From: an uncultured virus (IMG/VR IMGVR_UViG_3300022555_003212)
Taxonomy: Duplodnaviria; Heunggongvirae; Uroviricota; Caudoviricetes
Strand: one strand, 5' to 3'
DNA length: 64,000 nucleotides
Virus record (IMG/VR): IMGVR_UViG_3300022555_003212
Shown here: positions 19,415-28,525 of the stretch, piece by piece
How positions within the stretch are numbered: the first letter of the stretch is position 1
How the letters are laid out: every line of letters starts with the position of its first letter
Translations under genes and position numbers: made by a program
Notes under the pieces: model-generated
Databases searched by the model: none
Seen by the model: the letters and a program-made list of their open reading frames with translations, nothing else
Told to the model about the DNA's origin: nothing

Positions 19415-20077
19415 TTATTGTATATTTGTAGCTGGGAGAGTTCTTAGAATTGGAACAGCTTCTGGTGTAGTAAATGTTAAATCACTACCATAAACAGTGC
19501 TACTGCCATAAACACCTTTAATGCGGTAATGATACGTTTTACCAGGTTCAAGGAACGATGTAGGATTTTGTACACCAGATATCGCAGTAAGCTTGAGACT
19601 GATCAAAACAACATCGGAGCCTGTAACAGTACCATATTGTACTTCATGACCATATGTGGTATCCTCGCCAACTTCAAATGAAACAAGCGTTGGTTGACCT
19701 AATGGATTACATGATCCATTTAATGTAACATATGGTGGACTAACAACATTCCATGTAGTCATGGCTGGCAAGTATTGAGGAACAGATTTCCACTTTCTTT
19801 GATTCTCTGGAACTTGTTCTATTGTGAGGGAATCCCACACCTCAATCTTATATGCGCCACAAGGCAATCCTGTAACGGATACTACACCTTCTCCGTTTTC
19901 ATCATCTGGGATATTCTCCAGCGTACTTAGTATGACACCATCAACAGACGTGACAACCTTATAAGGCGGCTGCCCATTGTAGATAGTGAAATCAACGTGT
20001 GCATCAGCAACACCAAATGTGGTTACGTTAAATACGGAACCATTCAATGACATATTGTATTCGGGGTTTTTGTACAT
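19415..20077 (-). CDS. SprB-repeat-like plus FN3-like protein, probable virion surface protein
   Basis: NGQPPY...GLPCGAYKIEVWDS and LNGSCNP...TTYG...LEPGKTYHYRI...FTT; TAATATATA upstream. Confidence 0.6.
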   Translation of the reverse strand: MYKNPEYNMSLNGSVFNVTTFGVADAHVDFTIYNGQPPYKVVTSVDGVILSTLENIPDDENGEGVVSVTGLPCGAYKIEVWDSLTIEQVPENQRKWKSVPQYLPAMTTWNVVSPPYVTLNGSCNPLGQPTLVSFEVGEDTTYGHEVQYGTVTGSDVVLISLKLTAISGVQNPTSFLEPGKTYHYRIKGVYGSSTVYGSDLTFTTPEAVPILRTLPATNIQ

Positions 20078-20191
20078 AGTTTTTTATTCTATATATTAAT
20101 TAATAGTTCTATTAAATAGTCATATTAATTTTAATATCAGGCATTGATGAAAAATTGATCACTCATTTTAATATATATTCCCATACGACCT

Positions 20192-20479
20192 ATGAGATAT
20201 CTAAAGACATATGAAATGAATAATGAAGAATCACCTATCTTGAATAGGACACACTCCACATTAAGTAATTTCCTACATAACGTCCTTGATCCTATTGCAT
20301 CAGATAATTTTCTTGAACATAATAAATTTGATACAGAATTTAAAAGCACAGATAAATATTTCTTCACAATTCGAACTGAAAAGAAATCTGATGGTATTGT
20401 ATATTTCTATTTTAAACGTTCATTAGCCGTCAAAGATATGGCAAATTCGCTGCAACTAATACAACTTTCTCGATCATGA
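20192..20479 (+). CDS. N-tagged protein lacking FDL tail (possibly truncated)
   Basis: MRYLKTYE; TAATATATA 20169-20177; orphan GACCT before ATG. Confidence 0.7.
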   Translation: MRYLKTYEMNNEESPILNRTHSTLSNFLHNVLDPIASDNFLEHNKFDTEFKSTDKYFFTIRTEKKSDGIVYFYFKRSLAVKDMANSLQLIQLSRS

Positions 20480-20926
20480 CTCACCAAATAATTTCTGAAG
20501 CTTCTCACGCCTATTCTTTTTTATATTCAACTCAGCTTCACGAAAGTTATCATAATCTTGATAATAATTAAATCCCAATTTTTTTGACAACTCCTTATGT
20601 AATTCAATATCTTCCATAGGAGCCACAATCAATTTTCTGAACTTGCTAAAACATGGCTGTGCTAAAAACTTCTTAGAACCGCTACGAGTTATTGAATCCT
20701 CAGATAAATTAAAATATTGATCAAGAACATGTAATAATATGTGATTGATTCTGGAATTACTCAATTTCAAAACCGCATTGGTAAGCTTACTCACAACACC
20801 AGACCTTTCCCATGGAATTTCTTTCTCATTGAAAAGATTATACACAAACTCATTAATAAAATTGTATAACGGCTTGCCTTCTTCAGTACTATAACTGAGA
20901 ACATAAACATCAAGTATTGTCTTCAT
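20474..20926 (-). CDS. hypothetical protein, paralog of 6860, class B-like tail
   Basis: MKTILDVY...FLAQPCFSKFR...NRREKLQKL. Confidence 0.8.
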   Translation of the reverse strand: MKTILDVYVLSYSTEEGKPLYNFINEFVYNLFNEKEIPWERSGVVSKLTNAVLKLSNSRINHILLHVLDQYFNLSEDSITRSGSKKFLAQPCFSKFRKLIVAPMEDIELHKELSKKLGFNYYQDYDNFREAELNIKKNRREKLQKLFGES

Positions 20927-20927
20927 A

Positions 20928-21611
20928 CTACTTCCTTTCTTGATACCTTTTAATGATATGCATCTTCATTGCCTTCTTGCTCCACATATCAGCATAATCC
21001 AAACACGTATCACCACTGGCATCCTTGGCATATGGATCAGCACCACGATCCATCAGCATATCAACAATGACAATCTGCTCGGCTGACCTATATTTATTCC
21101 CAGAAATGAAATGCAGTGGTGTTGCCCTTGATATTGATATATCAATAGGCTTATTAACATCAGCACCAGCCGAAATTAACATCTTGGCAATCTCATATGA
21201 CTTGCAGTCAATCGCAAGGCACAACAGCGTCCATCCAGCGGGCCAATGATCACCGTTCTTTGTCAATGCATCAACATCACCACCAGAATCCATGTATGAC
21301 TTCACAAATGCAATATCATTCTGATAAATTGCTGTCTCAATTGACTTACCATTTGAATCACCACCAATAAGATATTCCAAAAAAGAATCAGAATCGGAAA
21401 ACCTTAACTTGTCAACCTCAATGGTTGCACTACATTCATCCGAACAATCACCATGACATTCAAACATGGAATCTTCTAACCCGTCCTTCTTCAACTTGGC
21501 TATGATAGATTGATTTACATTCTTAGGATCAATAATAAACGTGCCCTTCTTTTTAGAACCACACACTATTAAAATGTTGGAAGACCCACAGGTATTACAT
21601 TTAACTCTCAT
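20928..21611 (-). CDS. ankyrin-repeat protein with N-terminal Cys-rich (Zn) domain
   Basis: MRVKCNTCG; GWTLLCLAI...LISAGADVN; TPLHF...GADPYAKDASGDTCLDYA. Confidence 0.85.
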   Translation of the reverse strand: MRVKCNTCGSSNILIVCGSKKKGTFIIDPKNVNQSIIAKLKKDGLEDSMFECHGDCSDECSATIEVDKLRFSDSDSFLEYLIGGDSNGKSIETAIYQNDIAFVKSYMDSGGDVDALTKNGDHWPAGWTLLCLAIDCKSYEIAKMLISAGADVNKPIDISISRATPLHFISGNKYRSAEQIVIVDMLMDRGADPYAKDASGDTCLDYADMWSKKAMKMHIIKRYQERK

Positions 21612-21711
21612 AGGGATAACGTTTTTCGTATATATTACAAATATAAACAAAATGTTTAAACAAAAAAAATCACTCACCTTTTTAATATATACTAAAAAAT
21701 AATTACACCCA

Positions 21712-22032
21712 ATGAAACATCTTAAATCAATCAACGAATTTGCTCAACCAGATTATGATACAGTGAACCAAGTGTTCGATGCCCCACAAGAAGAGAATAT
21801 AACACCAGAGGAATTTCAATCATTTGCTGATAAAATATTAGATAAAGTCCCAACCGTTGGGTTTGATCGGGCAACAGCGGAAATGTCAGATTTACTTAAA
21901 AAATTCCCTTGGCTTAAAACCGCCCCAGAATATTCTGACATATATCAAACATTTTTAACTCAATGGCATAAGTTTAAATTTGGAGGAGAATTTCGATGGA
22001 ATACAGGAGGAGGAGAACCTATTGTTCATTAA
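21712..22032 (+). CDS. N-tagged protein without FDL tail
   Basis: MKHLKSINE; TAATATATA 21683-21691. Confidence 0.8.
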   Translation: MKHLKSINEFAQPDYDTVNQVFDAPQEENITPEEFQSFADKILDKVPTVGFDRATAEMSDLLKKFPWLKTAPEYSDIYQTFLTQWHKFKFGGEFRWNTGGGEPIVH

Positions 22033-22045
22033 AATGAATCAACAT

Positions 22046-22360
22046 ATGAAAAATTATCAACTGTTCACCGAAGACCTTATTACTAAGCAAATGGCTAAAT
22101 CAGCCCTGAAACTAATTCAAAAAGAAATTTCAGATAAAGCTAAACTCATAGGCGGATTCGGTAAAGGTAAAACAACATCAATGCATGATATAGATATTCT
22201 TATTCCATTCATGAAATTTGATACAGAACTAAAAAATAAACTCAAAAATCTACTCAATGCCAAATCAGTTACAAATACAGACTGGGGTGGATGGTATTTT
22301 ACTGGTACAGATTTCGGTGACGTTGATATATTCTATACAACAAAAGATTTTGACTATTAA
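22046..22360 (+). CDS. N-tagged minimal nucleotidyltransferase (Pol beta fold)
   Basis: MKNYQLFTE; LIGG-x9-HDIDILI and distal DVDIF. Confidence 0.6.
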   Translation: MKNYQLFTEDLITKQMAKSALKLIQKEISDKAKLIGGFGKGKTTSMHDIDILIPFMKFDTELKNKLKNLLNAKSVTNTDWGGWYFTGTDFGDVDIFYTTKDFDY

Positions 22361-22533
22361 AAATAATAGACCACGCTGATATAACCAAAAATCATCTATG
22401 TAATGGATATGAAATACAAGATATTGATACAGGTATAAAAGAAGATGCTTCACCAGAATATGTTGAAATGTATTATGTATTGGATGTAGTCTATCAAAGA
22501 AAAGAAAAATTAAAAATACTATATCAAAAATAA
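22354..22533 (+). pseudogene. 5'-truncated class B gene
   Basis: KIIDHAD...YYVLDVVYQRKEKLKIL, resembles 44252/44499; no start. Confidence 0.55.
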
Positions 22534-22543
22534 TATATAGTAC

Positions 22544-23167
22544 ATGAAGTATTTAAAAATGTTCGAAATGAAATCAATTGCTGAACCAATAGAAAGAAGT
22601 ATATGTTACTATAGTAAAAATCCTACAAAATTCACGGTAGGTAAATCATATAAGCAATACTCAAATAATACATCGCCCCCACCATTTTCAAAAGGATATT
22701 GGACATTTAATAATAACGGGGTCAGCCAAGATACATACTTTAACTGGGATCATTTCACAAAACAAGATCATAGCGCATTATTTACACAAGCAAAATCACT
22801 GACGGAAATGCGTAGTTGGATAAGACCTGTTGGGCAATTCTTTAAATTTGTTTGCCCAGAAACAATATTACAAATAGGTTATATGGACTTTTTAGAATTA
22901 GTATACAAACCATTAAATGGTACTATAGGTCAAATTATAGAACACGCAAAAATCGGTGATAATGATTATATGACAAAAGGTAAAGTTTTATTTTATAATT
23001 TTGATTATGATAAATATATGAAACAAGATAGACACTTCACACACGCAATTCAAGAAACTCCAGAAGGACACACAGCATGGATATCATATTACGATCTCAG
23101 ACCATCAATAACTTTATCTGATAAAGAAGTAAAAGTTTTGTTATCAACTAAACAATTTGATCTGTAA
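22544..23167 (+). CDS. class A tagged two-unit protein
   Basis: TAATATATA 22531-22539; MKYLKMFE...KQFDL. Confidence 0.85.
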   Translation: MKYLKMFEMKSIAEPIERSICYYSKNPTKFTVGKSYKQYSNNTSPPPFSKGYWTFNNNGVSQDTYFNWDHFTKQDHSALFTQAKSLTEMRSWIRPVGQFFKFVCPETILQIGYMDFLELVYKPLNGTIGQIIEHAKIGDNDYMTKGKVLFYNFDYDKYMKQDRHFTHAIQETPEGHTAWISYYDLRPSITLSDKEVKVLLSTKQFDL

Positions 23168-23181
23168 AATAAAATAAAATT

Positions 23182-23559
23182 ATGAAACACCTGAAAACAT
23201 ATGAAGTCAATAAACAATATCATAATGATACATCATTCAGTGACAAAGAATTATCTGATATTGAATCTCAAATAAAAACATCAACAAAAATAGATAATAT
23301 AGAAATAGATTATATACCAAGAAACACTATTAATTCTGAAATATTTGTAATCAATATAATCAATGGTGAACAACTAAATTTATCAAAAGAAGAACTATTA
23401 GATGCTATAGAAAAAATTAGAACTATACTTAGTATAAGAGATAACTATAGGTTTAATCAGAATAAGTCTGGAATAAAAGATGATGGTACAATTGTTCTAC
23501 ACTTTAGTGACACTCAACATAAAGCATTTCAAGATATGTGGAGTGGAATAATGAAATGA
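23182..23559 (+). CDS. N-tagged protein without FDL tail
   Basis: MKHLKTYE. Confidence 0.8.
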   Translation: MKHLKTYEVNKQYHNDTSFSDKELSDIESQIKTSTKIDNIEIDYIPRNTINSEIFVINIINGEQLNLSKEELLDAIEKIRTILSIRDNYRFNQNKSGIKDDGTIVLHFSDTQHKAFQDMWSGIMK

Positions 23560-23562
23560 AAT

Positions 23563-24353
23563 CAAAGAGCACCGCCTTCGTGCCTATTGTTGAGATACTA
23601 TTTTATTACGCTTAACATACCTATTGACATAACTACATAACGGCTGCAAATTCGTATAATGCCATAATCTAAGTAATTCTTCATCCGTATTTGCAGTTGA
23701 TAAAGGAGTAATGTGGTCAATATCCCACCCATAATTTAACTCACCATTATATTTACCATAATTATCCCAGTTCATCCACGGCTCAAAAAGAAACTCCAAA
23801 TATTCTATTAAATATTTATACTCACACCCAATTACATCATGTGTTCTGGATTTTTTAGTATAACCACCATTTTTTATTGAACTACGTAAATTTTTACCAA
23901 TTTTTCTTTTCATCCTATAAACAATATTGGTCTCAAACTGGGTTTTCCTGTATATATTCTGTTTATCACGAATCCTCGCACGATTCTTTTTGTAATAATC
24001 TTTTTTATATTCAGATACCTTATCTTTATTGTTATCCTTATACTTTTTAACACGCTTATTTACCTCATCCTTATTTTCAACATAATATTTCTTAGCATAT
24101 TCAGATATTTTATCCTTATTCTCTTTTCGATATATCCTGTGAGATTCACATAATTCATTTCTATTCTCTTTATAATATTTCTTTTTTTGTTCTGCTATGG
24201 ATTCTTTTTTTCCCTCATTCCTAATCCTATCATATGCTGCCTTTTTTATCTTGTCCCTCATTCATATCAATTATTTTTCATATGTTAATAATTATATATG
24301 ATTTCCACTCAAAAGTTGTGATATTATGCAACAAAGAGCACCGCCTTCGTGCC
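23563..24353 (+). repeat. 22-bp direct repeat flanking HNH gene
   Basis: CAAAGAGCACCGCCTTCGTGCC at 23563-23584 and 24332-24353. Confidence 0.9.
23584..24261 (-). CDS. HNH-type homing endonuclease with basic helical repeats
   Basis: KKYYxENK repeats; IGC...WMNWDNYG...WDIDHITPLS...HYTNLQPL. Confidence 0.85.
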   Translation of the reverse strand: MRDKIKKAAYDRIRNEGKKESIAEQKKKYYKENRNELCESHRIYRKENKDKISEYAKKYYVENKDEVNKRVKKYKDNNKDKVSEYKKDYYKKNRARIRDKQNIYRKTQFETNIVYRMKRKIGKNLRSSIKNGGYTKKSRTHDVIGCEYKYLIEYLEFLFEPWMNWDNYGKYNGELNYGWDIDHITPLSTANTDEELLRLWHYTNLQPLCSYVNRYVKRNKIVSQQ

Positions 24354-25200
24354 AATTTTGCATTACCCGAAAAAACACCCAAATATTTTCCTTAAACATA
24401 CCAAAAATAACACGAAAAACACTGAAAAAATGGCTCAAAGTGGAGGAATGTGGAGGGAAATTTTTACTATTTAAGAATCAAGTACTTATAAAAACTCGTC
24501 TGGCTAACGAATATCAAGGTTTTTTATAATTATCTTAAAATAAGTCTCTGTATCTCAACATCCATAAGGGTTTCCAATTGCCGCAATCCCGCTGGTACCA
24601 AGGCTTTCGGAGTACCATAACAAATTGATAATAAGAACATTACAACAACCTAACAAAAACCTAACTGAACATAACATTTTCCATTAAGTCCCAAATTAGC
24701 ACAAACTCGTGCGACTTGGGGAAAACTAATCAATCCTGATCAATTCTTCCCAGCTCGTCCAGAATTTCCAATATACGTTTGGCTTCTTCATCTGTCGGCT
24801 CATATATAATGAACTTCAACAGGTACATAATCAATTTCAATTTTCGTATCATAATAGTCTTTTATTATATTAACGAAATTGATCTGGAAAGGTAACGCAA
24901 AATCCATATAAATTTTTATATTCTCCAGAGGCACAGCCTTCGTGCGAATTGAGGATCAATTAATTATATTCTTATTTAGAATGTTATTTTTATTTAGTCC
25001 AGACTATTTCTGAAAAATTGCTCTTATTTAGAATGAACCTAACAATTTATTTTTATATTTATTTAGATTAAATCCAGATAGTATTGTATTATGAATCAAT
25101 TACTTATCTTTGTAGTTATCATAACCTGGATTATAAGACTTACATAAGGTATTCTTAAATCGATAGATTATCCAAATTAAGACAAACTTTTTTAATATAT
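24354..25200. other. long non-coding region with repeats; candidate replication origin/control region
   Basis: No convincing ORF; GCAC-N6/7-GTGC at 24699 and 24931; TTATTTAG x4 (24972, 24990, 25024, 25059). Confidence 0.4.
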
Positions 25201-25216
25201 ACTACTAAAAGATTGT

Positions 25217-26866
25217 ATGAAAAAGTATTTAAATATTAACACAGACGATGTTGCCACAATGTATCAACTCTCTGGGATGACCCTAAAAGAGATCGGAGAA
25301 CACTATGGTTGCTCTCCAGAAAACATTCAATACATATTAAACAAAAAATGCTGCATATGGACCGAAGGGCAAAAGAAAAAAATATGGTATTGTAAGCAGC
25401 CAAATAAATCACTTAAGAAAAACCTTAACCTCAAAAAAGATATATTGGAAAACATGTACTATAAATTAGATATGTCTTTGGAAGATATAGGAAATTATTA
25501 TAACTGTTCCAGAGTAAATATTATGTATATGTTTGAAAAATTTCAAATACCACTACGATCTAAATCGGAATCCAGAGAGCTAACTTACACCAAGGGAAAG
25601 ATTAATGTGAATAGAACTTATAACCGTGAGTTTTTTAAAACATGGTCACCCCAGATGGCTTATGCACTGGGACTATTATATACAGATGGAAATATAATGT
25701 GTCATAAAGGTAAAAATAAAACATATAAACGATTCTCATTCTCTCAAACGGACAACCAATTATTTAATACATTCTGTAATATATTATCTTTCTCTGGAAA
25801 AACTTATATCAATAAGAAAAACAATTGTAATACAATTATGATATCCAACATTGATATGGTTAATGATCTTGAAAGATTGGGATTACACCCAAATAAAAGT
25901 TTCACTATAAAATTTCCAAACATACCAACAGAATATTTGCCACATTTTATCAGAGGAATATTCGATGGTGATGGATGTAAAACAAAACAAAAAGTTTCTA
26001 TTATATCAGCTTCAAAAGAATTCATAGATTCAATTTCACAAGTATTATTTAACAATGATATTAATAATTATGTTTATTCTAAAAAATATCATACAGTAGT
26101 AATTAGTAAACAATCTGAAATGAAAAAGTTCTTTGATTTTATTTATAAAGATAAAGGTGATATATACTTCGAAAAAAAATATGCAAAGTTTATGATCGTG
26201 TATAATAAGAAAGTAAGAGAAACTAATAATACATATGATCATGAATTGTTTAAGTTGTGGTCCCCAAAGATGGCATATGTTCTTGGTCTCCTATATACCG
26301 ATGGAAGCATAACGTACACACAAGGAAAAAATAAGACATATAAGCGATTCTCATTCTCACAGACAGATAAACAATTATTCAATACAGTATGCGAACTATT
26401 ATCATTCTCTGGTAAAACGTATGTCAATAAGAAGAATAATTGTAATACTATTATGATATCTAATACTGATATGGTTAATGATCTTGAAATATTGGGGCTT
26501 TATCCAAATAAAAGTTTAACGTTAAAGTTTCCTATTGTGCCCACAGAATTCATATCACACTTTATTCGTGGGGTGTTTGATGGTGATGGGTGTAAAACAA
26601 CACAGAAAGTAAATATTGTATCAGCATCTAAAGATTTTATATTTCCATTATCTCAAATATTATTAGACCTTGGAATATACAATAAGATATATTCATATAA
26701 ATATCATGAGCTGAGAATTGCAAGGCAACCAGAAATAAAGAAGTTCTTCAAGCTCATTTATAAAGATAAAGGTGATATGTTCTTTGAAAAAAAGTATGCT
26801 AAGTTCTTTGATCCTTTAGTTTATTCAAGAATACAAAAGCTTCAGCAAATAAAAAAGTCTGTATAA
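25217..26866 (+). CDS. LAGLIDADG endonuclease with N-terminal HTH repeats and tandemly duplicated two-motif unit
   Basis: AYALGLLYTDG/FIRGIFDGDG then AYVLGLLYTDG/FIRGVFDGDG. Confidence 0.9.
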   Translation: MKKYLNINTDDVATMYQLSGMTLKEIGEHYGCSPENIQYILNKKCCIWTEGQKKKIWYCKQPNKSLKKNLNLKKDILENMYYKLDMSLEDIGNYYNCSRVNIMYMFEKFQIPLRSKSESRELTYTKGKINVNRTYNREFFKTWSPQMAYALGLLYTDGNIMCHKGKNKTYKRFSFSQTDNQLFNTFCNILSFSGKTYINKKNNCNTIMISNIDMVNDLERLGLHPNKSFTIKFPNIPTEYLPHFIRGIFDGDGCKTKQKVSIISASKEFIDSISQVLFNNDINNYVYSKKYHTVVISKQSEMKKFFDFIYKDKGDIYFEKKYAKFMIVYNKKVRETNNTYDHELFKLWSPKMAYVLGLLYTDGSITYTQGKNKTYKRFSFSQTDKQLFNTVCELLSFSGKTYVNKKNNCNTIMISNTDMVNDLEILGLYPNKSLTLKFPIVPTEFISHFIRGVFDGDGCKTTQKVNIVSASKDFIFPLSQILLDLGIYNKIYSYKYHELRIARQPEIKKFFKLIYKDKGDMFFEKKYAKFFDPLVYSRIQKLQQIKKSV

Positions 26867-26894
26867 ATATTAATATATACTAATAAATTGCCAA

Positions 26895-27260
26895 ATGGAA
26901 ACAGGAATACTTCTCACAGGTTTGGGCCTACTTATTCTACTTTGTATGATGTATATCATTAAACTCATAAAGAATACAACAGATCAAATAACAAAACAAT
27001 TGCAATTAAAAGTTATGGAGTTAAGAGAACTCATTGAATACCGTAAAGGTTTAGAATTCGATTTACTTGAATATCGTAAAAAACATGACATTGATTTATT
27101 GGCAGCCGAATTACAAACTTACCGTAAAGCTATATTAGATGATCTAAATGACTATAACAAAAGAATAAAAGATGATATTGATTTACTGGCTTCCGAACTA
27201 AAAACCTATCGGGAGAACTTAGCTAAAGACCTACAGGATTATCGTAATTCAATGAAGTAA
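26895..27260 (+). CDS. membrane-anchored coiled-coil protein
   Basis: N-terminal TM helix; DIDLLAxELxTYR repeated; TAATATATA 26871-26879. Confidence 0.8.
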   Translation: METGILLTGLGLLILLCMMYIIKLIKNTTDQITKQLQLKVMELRELIEYRKGLEFDLLEYRKKHDIDLLAAELQTYRKAILDDLNDYNKRIKDDIDLLASELKTYRENLAKDLQDYRNSMK

Positions 27261-27398
27261 ATTCTTGTACCCACAAATTTTTTTAAACTTTCTTCTCATC
27301 ATTAAATATAATTGGCTGAGAGTTGTTAACTAACTCTTTTATATTAGTTAACCGAGTTGCTTAATTAATAACCCATTATTAAAAATAACTAAATAAAT

Positions 27399-28271
27399 AT
27401 GAGTAAATCAAAAAAAGTGTTTGGCACATTTACATTTAATGGTCAAACTATTACGTATGGTGGAAGTCGTGTTGTACTTGATAGATACAAACTCTTCCTT
27501 ATGCAATTTATAGTTGATTATAATAACCTACTCCTTCAAGGTGATAGAGTAGATAAATATACTCTTCATATAAATAGTATATTAAATCCAAAGACAGTCG
27601 GAATCGGAAATAGAAAAGCAAAAGGTACCGCAAATTCAGTCCCCCAAGCATTGTACGATATTGGATTCTTTATCAAAAATCCAAACGGAGATGGTACAAT
27701 AACATGTTCATGCCCAGTTATAGATGACAATTATGCATCAAAACTTTTGTATCAACAAAATATTGTAGCAACAGCTAATAAGCAAAGAGTGGCAAATAAT
27801 AAATTAAATCAGACCCATGTTCAACAAACAGTCATGCCATTTCCAACAGGAACAATTGTAAAACAAGAAGAACTACAAACTATTATAGAAAGGGATAATA
27901 AGGAACTTTTTGATAAAGTAAAATTCTTAAAAGAAAATAATTATGATGAAGCTCTTCGTAATCAGTCGCTTTCCGAATATACGATTGCACTTGGGAATGA
28001 TAAATCTTTAACGAGTAGTTATTTTTTAGAACATCTTTATACAAAATATCCAGAAGCTTGTGCCAATGCTGTTAATAAAGTATATAATGGAATTGTCAAT
28101 AAGAATCTTACAGAAAATGATATAAAAATAAAATATCAAAAGGAAAAAGAAGCGGCAGCTAAAGCATCGGATATTATTATTTCAGAGGCAACTCGAAAAT
28201 TTAAGGAATTAGAAAAAGAAGTTGCAAAAAAAGAAGCGGAAGAAATAGCAGCTCTTAGAATGAAGAAGTAA
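27399..28271 (+). CDS. hypothetical protein with C-terminal coiled coil
   Basis: 290 aa ORF. Confidence 0.8.
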   Translation: MSKSKKVFGTFTFNGQTITYGGSRVVLDRYKLFLMQFIVDYNNLLLQGDRVDKYTLHINSILNPKTVGIGNRKAKGTANSVPQALYDIGFFIKNPNGDGTITCSCPVIDDNYASKLLYQQNIVATANKQRVANNKLNQTHVQQTVMPFPTGTIVKQEELQTIIERDNKELFDKVKFLKENNYDEALRNQSLSEYTIALGNDKSLTSSYFLEHLYTKYPEACANAVNKVYNGIVNKNLTENDIKIKYQKEKEAAAKASDIIISEATRKFKELEKEVAKKEAEEIAALRMKK

Positions 28272-28289
28272 AACACCTTCGTACCCACA

Positions 28290-28337
28290 AAAAGAATCCC
28301 CCAGTTGCACGAACTTGTGCGAGTTGGGGATTCTTTT
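28290..28337. terminator. bidirectional hairpin between convergent genes
   Basis: AAAAGAATCCCC...GCAC-gaactt-GTGC...GGGGATTCTTTT. Confidence 0.8.
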
Positions 28338-28525
28338 CATTTAGGCTTACTAAGTTCCTGTAGCTTCCGTTTACGCAACTCTGGGACAGTTATACATACG
28401 ACCTTACCGAAGCATAGTTTAGCACACTTATCATCCATCTCATGTGGAGCGCAATGGGCGCAACCTTGAGTGAAAACATCGAACTTATGCATGCAAGTAT
28501 TGTATGATTGGCATATACCTTTCAT
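28337..28525 (-). CDS. class B Cys/His mini-protein
   Basis: CAHCAPH; LRKRKLQEL. Confidence 0.8.
   Translation of the reverse strand: MKGICQSYNTCMHKFDVFTQGCAHCAPHEMDDKCAKLCFGKVVCITVPELRKRKLQELSKPK

Noticed and set aside
24326..24529. 67-aa ORF in the non-coding region
   Set aside because: Begins within the 22-bp repeat, with no promoter motif, tag or recognisable composition.
24972..25080. TTATTTAGA repeats as a Fur-like operator or dif site
   Set aside because: Only half-sites or poor palindromes; no specific factor can be assigned from sequence, so kept only as repeats.
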